From contig JAGIQG010000040.1 in the NCBI GenBank assembly GCA_024679065.1, positions 9,858,001-9,922,000 on the forward strand: 64,000 nt of DNA. The letters are read 5' to 3'. Positions within the stretch are counted from its first letter, which is position 1. Each line of letters starts with the position of its first letter. This DNA comes from Sphyrna mokarran (taxonomy: Eukaryota). The position numbers were made by a program, and so were the translations under genes. This document shows positions 1-13,263 of this stretch, in pieces. The notes under the pieces are model-generated. The model saw only the letters and a program-made list of their open reading frames with translations. It was not told where the DNA came from and did not search any database.

Positions 1-293
1 CAACTGGACTTGGTCATCAAAAACACCAACAACTGGTCTTGGTCATCAAAAACACCAACAACTGGATTTGGTCATCAAAAACACCAACAGCTGGACTTGG
101 TCATCAAAAACACCAACAGCTGGACGAGGTCATCGAAAATACCAACAACTGGACTTGGTCATCAAAAACACCAACAACTGGATTTGGTCATCAAAAACAC
201 CAACAGCTGGACTTGGCCATCAAAAACACCAACAGCTGGACTTGGCCATCAAAAACACAAACAACTGGACGTGGTCATCAAAAACACCAACAA
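1..293. repeat. 29-nt tandem repeat, ~10 copies (runs off window start)
   Basis: Unit CAACTGGACTTGGTCATCAAAAACACCAA repeated with few substitutions; explains the three repetitive ORFs at 10-372. Confidence 0.95.
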
Positions 294-295
294 CC

Positions 296-367
296 GGGCT
301 CCTCTGGGAATTAAACCCGGGACCTCTCACACCCAAACCGCCAATCATACCCCTAGACTAACGAGCC
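296..367 (-). pseudogene. tRNA-Pro(TGG) pseudogene
   Basis: Reverse complement GGCTCGTTAGTCTAGGGGTATGATTGGCGGTTTGGGTGTGAGAGGTCCCGGGTTTAATTCCCAGAGGAGCCC matches vertebrate tRNA-Pro over 72 nt; anticodon stem and T-loop (TTTAATT) are damaged. Confidence 0.85.
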
Positions 368-906
368 GCTGATGAGAACGCTACTCAATGCAGATGCTGA
401 TATTGTCAGTTTAATATGATCAGAAGCTGCACTGAAATTTGGAAGCGCTGGGAAGAAAAACCTCAGGAAGCCAGGCAATTTGTGCGCACAGGGAAAAGAT
501 TCCCTTCTTACACTTCCATAACCTTTCATTTAAACGGTTAAAGGTAGGAAATTTTAAACACGTGAAATCCAGAAGCTAAACAATCTAACAACAGAAAAGG
601 GCGCTGAAGGATTACAATTCAGGAGAGAAAGAGCGAATTCTGTGATGCCCTTTTCCTGAGCGTGAGGAAAGCAGAATATCACACAATGTTTATACCACAG
701 AATGAAACCATTCACAAGATCTTTGACGCAGCCAGGTGTGCTGTGGATAATAGGGAAGCGGTGGGTGTACTGTATAGGGATTACACAGGAACCGCAGTGA
801 TGAGGTTGGTAGGTTTTGGGAATTGGAAGTAAGACATGAGCAGTTTGTGTGACTGTTTCACCTCATTGCCGCTTTCATACTGCACTGAACAATAATCGTT
901 GTTATC

Positions 907-1006
907 NNNNNNNNNNNNNNNNNNNNNNNNNNNNNNNNNNNNNNNNNNNNNNNNNNNNNNNNNNNNNNNNNNNNNNNNNNNNNNNNNNNNNNNNNNNNNN
1001 NNNNNN
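907..1006. other. Assembly gap (100 N)
   Basis: Run of N; sequence either side may not be truly adjacent. Confidence 1.
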
Positions 1007-1225
1007 TTCTCCGGGTGCTCCGGTTTCCTCCCACATCCCAAAGATGTGCTAACTGGCGAAACAAATTCTCCCTAAATTGTCTCAAATTTGGTTTTGAAAT
1101 CCACTGATCTATAAACATGGACAGGGATCGCGGGTAGAGGTGGGAACATCGGGGTGGCGGCGCGGCTCGTTGGGCCGAAGGGCCTGTTTCCCGTGCTGTT
1201 TTGTTCTTTGTTCTTTGTTCTTTGT
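1007..1225 (+). mobile_element. Retroposon 3' end (SINE-like core plus CR1-type tail)
   Basis: CCGGGTGCTCCGGTTTCCTCCCAC core, GGGCCGAAGGGCCTG motif and (TTCTTTG)n tail; very similar to 35790-36004. Confidence 0.8.
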
Positions 1226-1527
1226 TATGAATTGTTTTATCTAAGCATTTGCTGTTTTTTTTCCTTCTTATTGTTAAGTGGAGCGAGTTATTTTATATTT
1301 GAAACAAATGAAAACGTCGTAAGGTTGTAATTAACTCCAAAACTAACGAAAATTATGACAATTGAGCAGTATTCTGAAGGGTATGCAGAGAAGACAGATG
1401 CGTAGCTATTTTTATTATTTACAATCTATTCCAAATGGTAAAATGTCGACCTCTTTTTAGTTAAGCCAGCGTGTGACGTTGAGAGTACGGATTAATCTGT
1501 CCATCTGCCTAAACGAGATATATGTGC

Positions 1528-3545
1528 AAAAGAAACAAAGAACAGGAAAATAACTTTGTTCCTCCAAACCTTTAGCGACAGTGCTATATATCTGAACTAA
1601 AAAAAACACACCCTTTCCCTCTATTCTCAACCCATTCATGGACTTGTCAAGAAGACACTTAAACATTGCTATTCTATTTGTTTCTACGACCTCATCCAGC
1701 AGCGAGTTCCAGGCACCAACCTCCCTCAGTGTAAAAGACTTGCGTCGTTTATTTCCTTTCGACTTGAAATTCTGCCCATGAAGTCTATGCGCCTTATTAA
1801 TTGACTCTTCCAACCTGTGACAGAGCTTCTGACTATCCACTCAGTCCATGTCCCTATAATCTTGTAGCCTTGTATCAGGTCGCCCTTCAATCTCCGTCTT
1901 TCTAATGAGAAAACAAAACAAGTTTCTCAAAACTCTGCTCATCACTAATTCCTCCATACCACGCACAATCCTAGTGCATCTTTTCTGCATTCTCTCCAAA
2001 GCCTCTACGTCCTTTTGGTAGCGTGGACACAAGGATAGAATACGATATTCCAAATGCGATCGATCTAAACGTCTCTTACCAATGGCTTACCAATTTTTAA
2101 ACTCAATGCCCTGGCCGGTGAGGGCAAAAAAACTTCAATTACCTTCTCCATCCGTTTTGCCACATCTAGTGATCTATGCAGCTGTACATCCAGACCCTTC
2201 TGTCTGTGAATACTCTTAAGAGAACAGCCATTCTCTGTATATTTCTGTTTCATGCTGTAAACCATGAAACTTTTGACTCTATGATCTATATCTTGTTGCA
2301 TTCTTTTACGTTCCTCATCGCTATTCATAATTCCATCAAACTTCATGTTGGCCACAAACTTACCAATCAAATCAGATCCATTTTCCTCCAAATCATTTAC
2401 ATCAATATATTACAAACAACAACTCTCAGCATTGATCTTTGAAGAATGTCAATAATGACAGCTCTCCATTCAGAAACGTACTGTTCCACTACTACCCTCT
2501 ATCGTCTATGACCAAGCCAGTACTCTATCTATCTTGCCAGCTCACCTTTGATTTCATGCAATTTCACTTTCTGTCCCAGTCTGCCACGAGAGCTCTTGTC
2601 ATAAGTCTTTTTAAAGTCTATGTAAACAATGTCCACTGTCCTGCCCCTGTCAATCGTCTTCATCAGTTCGTCAAAAAAAAGATCAAATTCGTGAGATACG
2701 ACTTATTATTCACACAAATTTGTTACATCTCGCTAAGTATTCAGATGTTTCCAAGTGGGAGTAAATCCTTTCTGCAATAAACCTCTCCAATAATTTCGCT
2801 AACACTGGCTTAAGATTCATGAGCTTGCATTTACCTTGTTTATCCTTGCTACTCTTCAAATGAACAATTGAACAACATTTGCTATTCTCCAATTCTCTGG
2901 GCATTCCCTGCAAACTAAGGATTCTCACAACACCAGGTTAAGGTCCAACAGGTTTGTTTAGTAGCACAAACATTTGGACTGTCACTCCATCATCAGGTGA
3001 GCAACACTCCGAAAGCTTGTGTTACCAAATAAACCTATTGGATTTTAACCTAGTGTTGTGAAACTTCTTACTGTACTTACCTGAGCCCAATGCCTGCATC
3101 TCCACATCATGGCTAATTTCTTGCAACCACTGAGGATGCAAATATATTTCTCTAGACTCCAAATTTTACCTCCCTCAGTATTCTGGGGTATATTCTATTA
3201 GGCCTGGAGTCTTTCCTACCTTAATGATTTTCCAGACTCCCAGCAACTCCTCCTTTTTGATCCCAACACGACCCAAACTATCTATACATCTCATCCGAGA
3301 CTCATCACCTGCCAAATCTTTCTCTTTGGTGAATACAGATATAAAGAACTCACTTATTACCTCTCCATTTGTTCGGGCTATATCAATATTTACCCTCCCC
3401 TGTCCTTCAGTGGGCCAACACTTTCGATGGCCATGTTTTTCCTGTTTATATATGTATAAAACCCTTGTAATTTTTCCTGAATCTTGCTGACCAATGACTG
3501 TTTGTGACTCATTTTTGCCCTCCTGATTCCTTGCTTATTTTTTTT
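1528..3545 (-). mobile_element. Old degenerate CR1 LINE (RT and 3' region)
   Basis: Fragmented minus-strand ORFs resembling CR1 ORF2 (KDVEALERMQKR, KFVANMKF, GAWNSL); many stops and frameshifts. Confidence 0.8.
2923..3110. mobile_element. Palindromic Penelope-type non-autonomous element with hammerhead-like remnants
   Basis: ~55-bp inverted arms (TCTCACAACACCAGGTTAA...TTAACCTAGTGTTGTGAAA); CTGATGA on minus strand, CCGAAAGC on plus strand; second copy at 25470. Confidence 0.6.
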
Positions 3546-3566
3546 TTCTACTATCCCCAATATTTC

Positions 3567-4853
3567 TATTGGGGATAGTCAGCATGGTTTCGTGAAGGGT
3601 AGGTCATGCCTTACTAACCTCATTGAGTTTTTTGAGAAAGTGACCAGAGAGGTGGATGGGGGAAGGCGGTTGATGTAGTATATATGGACTTTAGTAAGGC
3701 GTTTGATAAGGTGGCCCATGGAAGACTTCTACAGAAAATGCAGCTGTGTGGAATAGAGGGTGATTTAGCTAATTGGATTAGGAATTGGCTGGCAGATAGA
3801 AGACAGAGGGTGGTGGTTGATGGGAGATATTCATCGTGGAGTTCGGGGACGAGTGGTGTGCCTCAGGGGTCTGTTTTGGGGCCCCTGCTGTTTGTAATTT
3901 TTATAAATGATCTGTATGAGGGTATTGAGGGATGGATCAGTAAATTTGCAGATGATACTAAAGTTGGTGGTGTGGTAGATAGTGAAGAGGGGTGTTTTAG
4001 TTTACAGAGTGAATTGGACAAGTTGCAGAGCTGGGCCGAGAGGTGGCAAATGGAGTTTAATGTGGAAAAGTGTGAGGTAATGCACTTTGGCAGGAACAAT
4101 AAATGTGTAGAGTATAGGGCTAATGGTAGGGCTCTTAATAGTGTTGAGGAACAGAAGGATCCTGGTGTATGTGTCAATAGATCCCTGAAAGTAGGCAGTC
4201 AAGTGGATAAAGTTGTTAAGAAGGCATATGGAGTCTTAGCTTTTATTGGTAGGGGGATTGCATTTAGGAGCCGCAGCATCATGTTGCAACTGTACAAAAC
4301 TCTAGTGCGGCCGCACTTGGAGTATTGTGTGCAGTTCTGGTCCCCACATTATAAGAAAGATGTGGAGGCATTGGAGAGGGTACAGAGGAGGTTTACCAGG
4401 ATGTTGCTGGTATGGAGGGCAGGTCTTATGAAGAGAGGCTGAGGGATTTGAGGTTGTTTTCGTTAGAAAGGAGGCGGCTAAGAGGGGACCTAATCGAAAC
4501 ATATAAGATGATTAGAGGTATAGATAGGGTGGATAGTGATAGCCTTTTTTCTAGGATGGAAAAAGCTAGCACGAGGGGACACAGCTTTAAATTAAGGGAT
4601 GATAGTTATAGGGCGGATATCAGAGGCAGGTTCTTTACCCAAAGGGTGGTTCGGGAGTGGAATGCCCTGCCTGCAGCAGTTGTAGATGCGCCAAGTTTGG
4701 TGGCGTTTAAGAGGTTAGTTGATAAGTATATGGATGAGAAGGGAATGGTTTCGTTAGGAGGGGCATTGCTTTTTATTTTGGTCGGCACAACATCGAAGGC
4801 CGAAGGGCCTGTTCTGTGCTGTATTGTTCTATGTTCTATGTTCTATGTTCTAT
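3567..4853 (+). mobile_element. Young 5'-truncated CR1 LINE (RT domain)
   Basis: ORF 3684-4442 with [19 protein letters not shown] and KFADD; (TTCTATG)n tail; inserted inside the older CR1. Confidence 0.95.
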
Positions 4854-5640
4854 GTACTCTCCTCGTATTCTACATTTATTTTGTTTCTTACCGGACTCAT
4901 AACCTTGACTGTGTTTTTCTTTTTGAGTAGGCTCACAATATCACGCGATATCAAATGTTCCAAAAACATGTCACGCATATGCTTCATCCTTCTTGGAATG
5001 TTCCGTTCCTGAATTCCTGGAACAGCCTCCAAGATGCCAGAAGTTTATTTGCCCTCACAAATCCGCCACCAATCAGCATTGTTCAGTTTCTGCCTAATGT
5101 TTTTGTAATTAACTTTACCTCAAATTAGCAGCTTGACCTAAGGACAGCACTTATCTTCAGCTATAAGTCTCTTAAATTTTACTGAATTGTGATCACTTCC
5201 AGAATTGCTGCGTAATGAATACCAACTCCAACATTATCCCTTCCCTCCTTGGACCGTTTATACACTGATTCAAGAAGCCCTCTTGCATGCTCCTTACGAA
5301 ATCTGCCTCATACATGCCCCAAGCACTGAGTACCAATCAACACAGGGGATGTTAAAATCACCACCCGCAACAAAACTGTTACTTTTACACCTGGCCAAAG
5401 TCTGCCTACATAGCTGTTGCTCTCTCTTCCGGTGACTGTAGGAACAATATGGTAAACGTCCAATATTGTTCTTAATTCCTTACACATATTTTCTTGTTAT
5501 ATGAGCTCACAGAGGTGTCCTGCCTCAGTACAGCTGCTATATAGTCCGTAACCAATAATGTATCTCCTTTACCCGATTTTCATCCCGCTCTACACCACCT
5601 GAAACATCTGTATCCTGCAACGTTAAGCTATCTGTCTTAC
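4854..5640 (-). mobile_element. Continuation of the old CR1 (endonuclease-side remnant)
   Basis: Degenerate similarity to the CR1 endonuclease/tether region, collinear with 1528-3545. Confidence 0.45.
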
Positions 5641-5723
5641 TTAATTTAAACTGTACCTCTCAATTTTGTTTCGTTGGGAGAACGGTATTGTCATGACATG
5701 TGTTTGATGTATTGGCAAATGCT

Positions 5724-8054
5724 TAGAACATAGAACATAGAACATTACAGCACAGAAGAGGCCCTTCGGCCTTCGATGTTGCGCCGACCAATATAAAAAG
5801 CAATGCCCCTCCAAACTAAACCATTCCCTTCTCTTCCATATACTTATCAACTAACCTCTTAACGCCACCAAACTTGGCGCATCTACAACTGCTGCAGGCA
5901 GGGCATTCCACTCCCGAACCACCCTTTGGGTAAAGAACCTGCCTCTGATATCCGTCCTATAACTATCACCCCCTAATTTAAAGCTGTGTCCCCTTGTGCT
6001 AGCTTTTTCCATCCTAGGAAAAAGGCTATCACTGTCCACCCTATCTAAACCTCTAATCATCTTATATGTTTCGATTAGGTCCCCTCTTAGACGCCTCCTT
6101 TCTAACGAAAACAACCTCAAATCCCTCAGCCTCTCTTCATAAGACCTGCCCTCCATACCAGGCAACATCCTGGTACACCTCCTCTGTACCCTCTCCAATG
6201 CCTCCACATCTTTCTTATAATGTGGGGACGAGAACTGCACACAATACTCCAAGTGCGGCCGCACTAGAGTTTGTACAGTTGCAACATGACGTTGCGGCTC
6301 CGAAATTCAATCCCCTACCAATAAAAGCTAAGACTCCATATGCCTTCTTAACAACCTTCTCGACTTGACTGCCTACTTTCAGGGATCTATGCACATACAC
6401 ACCAAATCCCTCTGTTCATCAAGACTACTAAGAATCCTACCATTAGCCCTATACTCTACACATTTATTATTTCTGCCATAGTGCATTACCTCACACTTTT
6501 CCACATTAAACTCCATTGCCACCTCTCGGCCCAGCTCTGCAACTTGTCCAAGTCCCTCTGCAAACTATACCACCCCTCTTCACTATCTACCACTCCACCG
6601 ACTTTAGTGTCATCTGCAAATTTACTAATCCATCCTTCAATACCCTCATCCAGATCATTTATAAAAATTCAAACAGCAGGGGCCCCAAAACAGACCCCTG
6701 AGGTACACCACTTGTCACCGAAGTCCACGATGAATATCTCCCATCAACCACCACCCTCTGTCTTCTATCTGCTAGCCAATTCCTAACCCATTAGCTAAAT
6801 CACCCTCTATCCCATACATCTGCATTTTCTGCAGAAGTCTTCCATGGGCCACCTTATCAAACGCCTTACTAAAGTCCATATATACCACATCAACCACCTT
6901 ACCCCCATCCACCTCTTTAGTCACTTTTTCAAAAACTCAATGAGGTTAGTAAGGCACGACCTACCCTTCACAAAACCATGCTGACTATCCCCAATCAATT
7001 CATTTCTCTCTAAATAGCTATAAATCCTATCCCTAATAATTCTTTCCAATACTTTGCCCACAACAGAAGTAAGACTCACTGGCCTATAATTCCCTGGAAG
7101 GTCTCTCTTCCCCTTCTTGAACACTGGGACCACATTCGCTATCCTCCAGTCCTCCGGAACCACACCCGTAACCAACGACGACCTGAAGATCAGAGCCAGA
7201 GGCACTGCAATCGCCTCTCTTGCCTCCCAGAGAATCCTAGGGTAAATCCCGTCCGGCCCAGGGGACTTATCCAACTTCAAACCCTCAAGAATATCTAGCA
7301 CATCCTCCCTATCTACTTCAATACTTTCCAGTTTGCAACCCTGTACCTCAGTGTTCTCCATAACTCCATTTACATCACCCTGCGTGAATACCGAAGAGAA
7401 ATATTTATTCAGTGCCTCACCAATCTCTTCAGGCTCCACGCACAACTTCCCACTGCTGTCTATGACTGGCACTAATCTTGCCCTAACCAATCTTCTATTC
7501 TTAACATAACTAAAGAAAGCTTTAGGATTCTCCTTAATCCTATCAGCCAAAGTCTTCTCGTGTCCTCTCTTAGCTCTCCTCAATTCACTCTTTAGCTCCA
7601 TCCTGGCTAATCTATAGCTATCCATTGCACTAACCGAGCCTTCAAGCCTCATCCTGACATAAGCCTCCTTTTTCCTTTTAACCAGCAAATCAACTTTTTT
7701 TGTACACCAAGGTTCTCTTACTCGACCATTTCCTCCTCGCCTGACAAGGACATACTTATCAAGGACTCGCAGCAGCTGCTCCGTGAATAAGCTCCACATT
7801 CCAGATGTTCCCAGTCCCTGTAGTTTCCTAGTCCAATCTATGCACCCTAATTCTCTCCTGATGGCCTCATAATTACCCTTCCCCCAGCTATAACTACTGC
7901 CCCCAGCTTCATGCCTATGCCTATCCATCACTAAGGTGAACGTAACCGAATTGTGGTCACTATCACCAAAATGTTCACTAACTTCCAAGCCTAACACCTG
8001 GTCTGGCTCATTGCCCAGCACCAAATCCAATGTAGCCTCACCTCTACTTGACAT
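5724..8054 (-). mobile_element. Young 5'-truncated CR1 LINE
   Basis: 377-aa ORF (ATLDLVL, KSPGPDG, NYRPVSLTS, QHGF) then frameshifted RT; tail reads AGAACATAGAACAT on plus; near-identical to 3567-4853. Confidence 0.95.
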
Positions 8055-8181
8055 AACTTGATTGAAAATGCAATGAATATTTATAAACTTTACAAAATTA
8101 CTTAGAATCTAAGGGAAATGCTGATAAAAATCAGTGCATGGAAATGATTGGTGTGCGAAATACAAAACAACACATTCAAAT

Positions 8182-8511
8182 GAGGTTTAGATAGGGTGGA
8201 TAGTGATAGCCTTTTTCCTAGGATGGAAAAAGCTAGCACAAGGGGACACAGCTTTAAATTAAGGGGTGATAGTTATAGGACGGATATCATAGGCAGGTTC
8301 TTTACCCAAAGGGTGGTTCGGGAGTGGAATGCCCTGCCTGCAGCAGTTGTAGATGCGCCAAGTTTGGTGGCGTTTAAGAGGTTAGTTGATAAGTATATGG
8401 AAGAGAAGGGAATGGTTTAGTTTGGAGGTGCATTGCTTTTTATATTGGTCGGCGCAACATCGAAGGCCGAAGGGCCTGTTCTGTGCTGTAATGTTCTATG
8501 TTCTATGTTCT
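8182..8511 (+). mobile_element. Short young CR1 3' fragment
   Basis: Near-identical to the 3' ends of the two neighbouring copies; (TTCTATG)n tail; candidate AAAT target-site duplication. Confidence 0.9.
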
Positions 8512-9690
8512 AAATATTGCATATTCCTTACTGTAGATAATGTAAAGGTAAATAAATTCGTAGAAACTAATTACGGGTCTCTATTGTATACTGAAAGAAT
8601 CAAAGAGTTTCACATGCTGTGAAAGAAAGTGTATTATTATTTTCAGCAACACAAGTTAAACTGCACCGATTCAATGCTGAATGGTGTAACTTTTGTTTCT
8701 CGTTGTGCAATATTCTTTGATTTCAGGGAACACAAATTCTGGCAAGAGTCATGCAGATTCGAAACGTTAGCTTTGTCCTCTGCACAAATCCTGTCAGACT
8801 TGCCGAGATTTACCAGTAGTTTCTGTTTTTGTGTCAGGTTCCATATTCTGTAGTAAGTTACTATTATATAGTATCATTTGTTGATACGCTACGATTATCT
8901 GAATAAAGCTCAATTCTAAACTACCAATGAATTGTGAATAATTCCTCCTTATTATTAACCCATTAGTCTGTCATGTGGAAAACCAGTAAAGTTTAACATT
9001 TCTAGGACCACTGATCACAACAAAAAAATCAATTTATTACTTAAGCCTACATCAATTGTGGTCGGGTATTGCGTCAGGTCACCTTAAAATAAAGGGATAA
9101 TTTTGGGTATGTGAATATTTTTGAAATAATCGGTGAAGCAAGTGTTACACCAATCATCGCATGTTTGTGTGGAGGGATTTTGCAGTTGTCTGCGCTCTCT
9201 GTGGGTTCAGTATCACTGCTTTCTCTGCGTAGCTCTCATGCTACCATAGCTTTCGGGCTTTATCCCTATGTTTATTGCTAGCCATTCACAATTATTCGCT
9301 TCAGAGAGTAGCTAGGGAGAATACTTTGATATGAGGTTGGCTTCAAATATATGCCACATCGGGTTAGGATGGCAGGTTTCCTTCCTCAATCATCATAACG
9401 TTTTCCTTCAAAACATTTTGATATCTACTTTTATTTATTCTATTGCATTAATGGAGAAAGGAAGTCAACTGAACTGCTTTATTTGGCCTCCTCCTGTTCC
9501 TGTCTTCCATGCTTCTATTTTTCTATGTTTCTATGTTTGTTCAGTGACTGTTACTAGCATTAACGGTGATGCAACATGAGCTAAATTATAGTGTTTGCAT
9601 GTAGTAAAAATAATGAGTCACACAAATTTTGTGAATGATTATAACTGATCCGAGTGATGAAACTTCTAATTGTATCTCTGAGGTATCTCA

Positions 9691-9726
9691 CAGCTGTTAT
9701 AAAAAGCTCATTTCTGTATTGGGCGG
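9691..9726 (+). promoter_or_regulatory. Candidate core promoter of GPCR gene 1
   Basis: E-box CAGCTG (9691), TATAAAAAG (9698-9706) and GGGCGG (9721), ~75 nt upstream of the ATG; motif evidence only. Confidence 0.3.
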
Positions 9727-9774
9727 AGGACATTTGGATTTCGAACAGGAAGCAGTTGTTTTTTTTCCCAGAAA

Positions 9775-9844
9775 ATGCATGCACCACCCAGAGGGCTCAT
9801 CTATGCCATTTACTACACTTCTCTTGCAGCAATTGCTGTCCCAG
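9775..9844 (+). CDS. GPR139/GPR142-like GPCR gene 1, coding exon 1
   Basis: MHAPPRGLIYAIYYTSLAAIAVP then G|GTATAG (phase 1); same 70-nt length and clear homology to exon 1 of gene 2; not in the ORF track. Confidence 0.85.
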
Positions 9845-12800
9845 GTATAGTGCCTCTCCAACATATTCATTATTTAATTGAACACTTTTTTTGTCTGAAG
9901 GGGGCCTGAAAATTAACGTCCTGATTAGGTGGAATCAATGGCGTTGTCTTCAGCACTGACTTTATCACCCAAGTGAGCATGCATTCACATTGGAAGGAGA
10001 AAAATAACTGCATTGATTCACCTGGACGTTTCTGGATCTACCAGGTTTAAATCAGAAGATTTTTCTTTTAGCTCCCGGGCATGGAGATTGAGAGACATGT
10101 GAAGTGTTTGAATAAGGCGTGGTAGAGGAACAGTTGTGTTCTTATCCACGCAAGTGTACATGTTCAGAACAAAGAGTGAGGCCTGAAATTTAGAGGACGG
10201 AGTTCAGCTTGATGTCAGAATCTCTTGCCTCAGAAAACGGAGAAATTATCTGGAACTCGTCTGCCCTCCTCCAACACCACCATCGCCCCCCCCCCCCAAC
10301 TCCATTTTTAATCATTCCATCTCGACTGACCGAAATAATGAAAATCCATCCAAAGAAGTACTAAAGCAGAAATCTTGAGCATATTTTTTGACTAAAAGAT
10401 GGACGGCTCAGAAAATAGGACCAAAAGCTGTTGATTTTCTTACTGTCTAAGAATTCGCTAACTGTTCTGTCAATGGCAAAGCAATGCAAATGTCATCAGG
10501 ATTGTCACCAATTACATTACTTGGGTATAATTGATCTTTATGCTATCCTTATTTTATATCCAACTTGCCATTAAATCAAATTAATTGCTTTGGTTCCAAA
10601 ACTATGCCACTCTTGATTGAATATCCCAAATATTTCAATGCCTAACTAATTTGACAAAATAATACAATTTTTGTAAATATAAACTGATGGATAGAATTAT
10701 GCCGTGAGATTGTGACTGGTTTTAAGGAATGAACTTTCTGAAGGGAAGTATTAACCTGCTGTGTTATTGCTAATTTTTGAGAATAAAGTGAGTAACCACA
10801 TTCATTAATGATGCATTTTTCAGAGAAAGCACATTTCATGTGTTCACATTGATCTATTACTCTTCCACTAATTTGGATGATCAAACGCATTTCATCCCAG
10901 ACAAGGGTCTCTTTGATTCTCTACAATTACCTCCCACCCAAGTTTCTGTTTCTTTTTAAGGAGTCTGTCCTTCGTATCTCTTTTCTGCATTTTCGTTCAC
11001 GGATTTAAGCATTCAACAGACCCTGTGCATTATTCATTGAAATCCCAGATTGTTCCGACATTCCACATCTATCCTCTCATATTTACTCAATCGCCTCTTT
11101 TGAAATTCCGTTTAAAATCCAAGAGTTTGCTTACTCCAATCTATATTCTGGCTCCACTGGTGCTGAAATTGTTGATTCTGAATGCCTGTTGACGCGACTT
11201 TCTACTTAAGTCAAGATTTTCATTTGTTGTTGAAAAATCTCAATTTATTTGGGACTTGAGATATGCCTTGCGTCAAGAGTTTGGATTATATCCATGACGA
11301 CGCGAAAGGATATATGGAGTAGAGCATTGAACATGTGATTGTTTTGAATAAGCAGTTTAATCAATGTGTCGGTCAACATAAGTGTATATGGAGATGTGTG
11401 CTGATGTAATCTATTCGTCCTTTAAGCCTGCTATGCCATTCAATAAGTCCATAACATTAACACGCTCTTAATTCTTTAATTCCCTTCAAACAAAGCGATA
11501 TACCAGTCTTTACCTTAAATCTATTCAACGACTGAGATTGTGTCACAGATCTCTGGGTACTGAGTCTCAAAGATTCACATCCTTGTGCTCAACGAAATAT
11601 TTCTGCTTCACTTTCCAAAACGAGCAACACCTATTGTGAGAATTTGATCGTGTGCTTAATGAACAGAATCATTTTCTCATCGTACAACCTGGCAGAATCT
11701 AAATGATTTTATGTCTTTCAAACACCTCCCGGAACAAGTGTGCAGGAGCTTCCGAGGAAGATCTACCATTTATTCCGTCAAGAGGGCAAAATGCCACCTC
11801 TTATTCGAAATATGATGCTTTTATATAATGTTCTATAATTGTAGTCAGAAACGTTTACTTTTATGTCTCGCCCATTTGTCGACAAAGCCAGCATTAACCT
11901 TCCTAATCATTTGCTGTATCTGTGCTTGGAATTTTGTAATTTGTGTACAAGAACATCATTTTCCTCTTAATGTACACAATTTCAATTCTCGCACCAGTCC
12001 TATTTTTTTTTAGTTTCTCTCCACCAAAGAGAATAACTTGGCGCTTCAAACTTTGGTTTCTATATGCGATGTTCCTGAACTGTTGCATAACTATTACTCT
12101 TTGCAGCTCCAGGGTACGAACTTCCATCTCACATTTTATCGACAGCTAACTTAAAAGTATTGCACTCAAGCTCCTTATTAAATTCACTGACAAGAATTCC
12201 TCATATGTTAGGCTTTTGTTCTGTTGATTGTGGTGCATCCGTTACATCCAACTGTCCATTTTCTATGCGTTAGTCAATTCTCAGTTCAGCTTAATATATT
12301 ACAAATATTGAAATAAATGCTAATTTAACGCATTAATTCCGTGGCAGGAAAAGTAAAATGAAATATACCATGTCAATTAGTTCGGTCTTATCAATTTATC
12401 TAGTTACGTTTGCAAAATTCTTAGCAGCATTATCAGGACTGGTTTCTTTTCGTTTTCGTCTTCATTTCTGCTTAATCAGATTATATATTTTAAAGTGTCC
12501 TATTATCAAGAATCTAACGATAAACTGTCGTGTTTTGCCGATTATGCTCATTGATTAGACTAACCAGCCCACTGTTCACTGTTTTCTCTTTTCACTTTTA
12601 CTTGATAAAGAATAACTTGCTACCATTTAATGATTGGGAAAAAAAAGTCGCTAAATTGAAGAAGACTCTGCAGGCTTGAAGCTCAGGTCAATATTATGTT
12701 TACAACTATACTTGGGTTGCTTAATTAATTCGGTATTGATTGTGGTTGGTGTCTCTAAAAATACTCTGAGGTTCTCACAGTGAAATAGTTCGAGTTTATT

Positions 12801-13263
12801 GAACAACATTTTTGTGGCGAGGATGGGAGTGGGGATCGAAGACGCGAGCGATTGGTTACAGCAAAATAAAATCTTACAACCTTCTTTTGATTGGTGTTTT
12901 TTTGTTTTTGTTTGTTTGTTTTCCAGCATTATTTCATCTGTAACTTTATGTTTTACGTCTACGTGTAATTGCGTTATAATTCCATGCACTTGTCATTCCT
13001 CTATTTTATTCATTATACAAACAATGTATAAAAACGGAATTGTCAACAATTATTAATTACTTTCTGTTTCACTATGATTGAGTGCTATGCATTAATTATA
13101 TGTGAGCGTGTGCCCAGTTCACCATCTTCTTGGCTGGTTGTAACAGTTCTCCTCACTTCGAGTACCAGAGCTATTAAATTTATGGAATTCTGATCGATAC
13201 ATTTACTGCTCTTTAGTGTGTATTATTTATTCATTCATTGTCTTCTCCCCCTCTTCTCTACAG

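Noticed and set aside
1-293. CRISPR-like array or repetitive protein ORFs
   Set aside because: Units are contiguous with no unique spacers, the context is vertebrate, and the ORFs arise from the stop-poor repeat
13218-13263. ORF-track starts for the GPCRs (13218 and 28407)
   Set aside because: These fall in intron polypyrimidine tracts; homologous upstream exons supply the real N-termini
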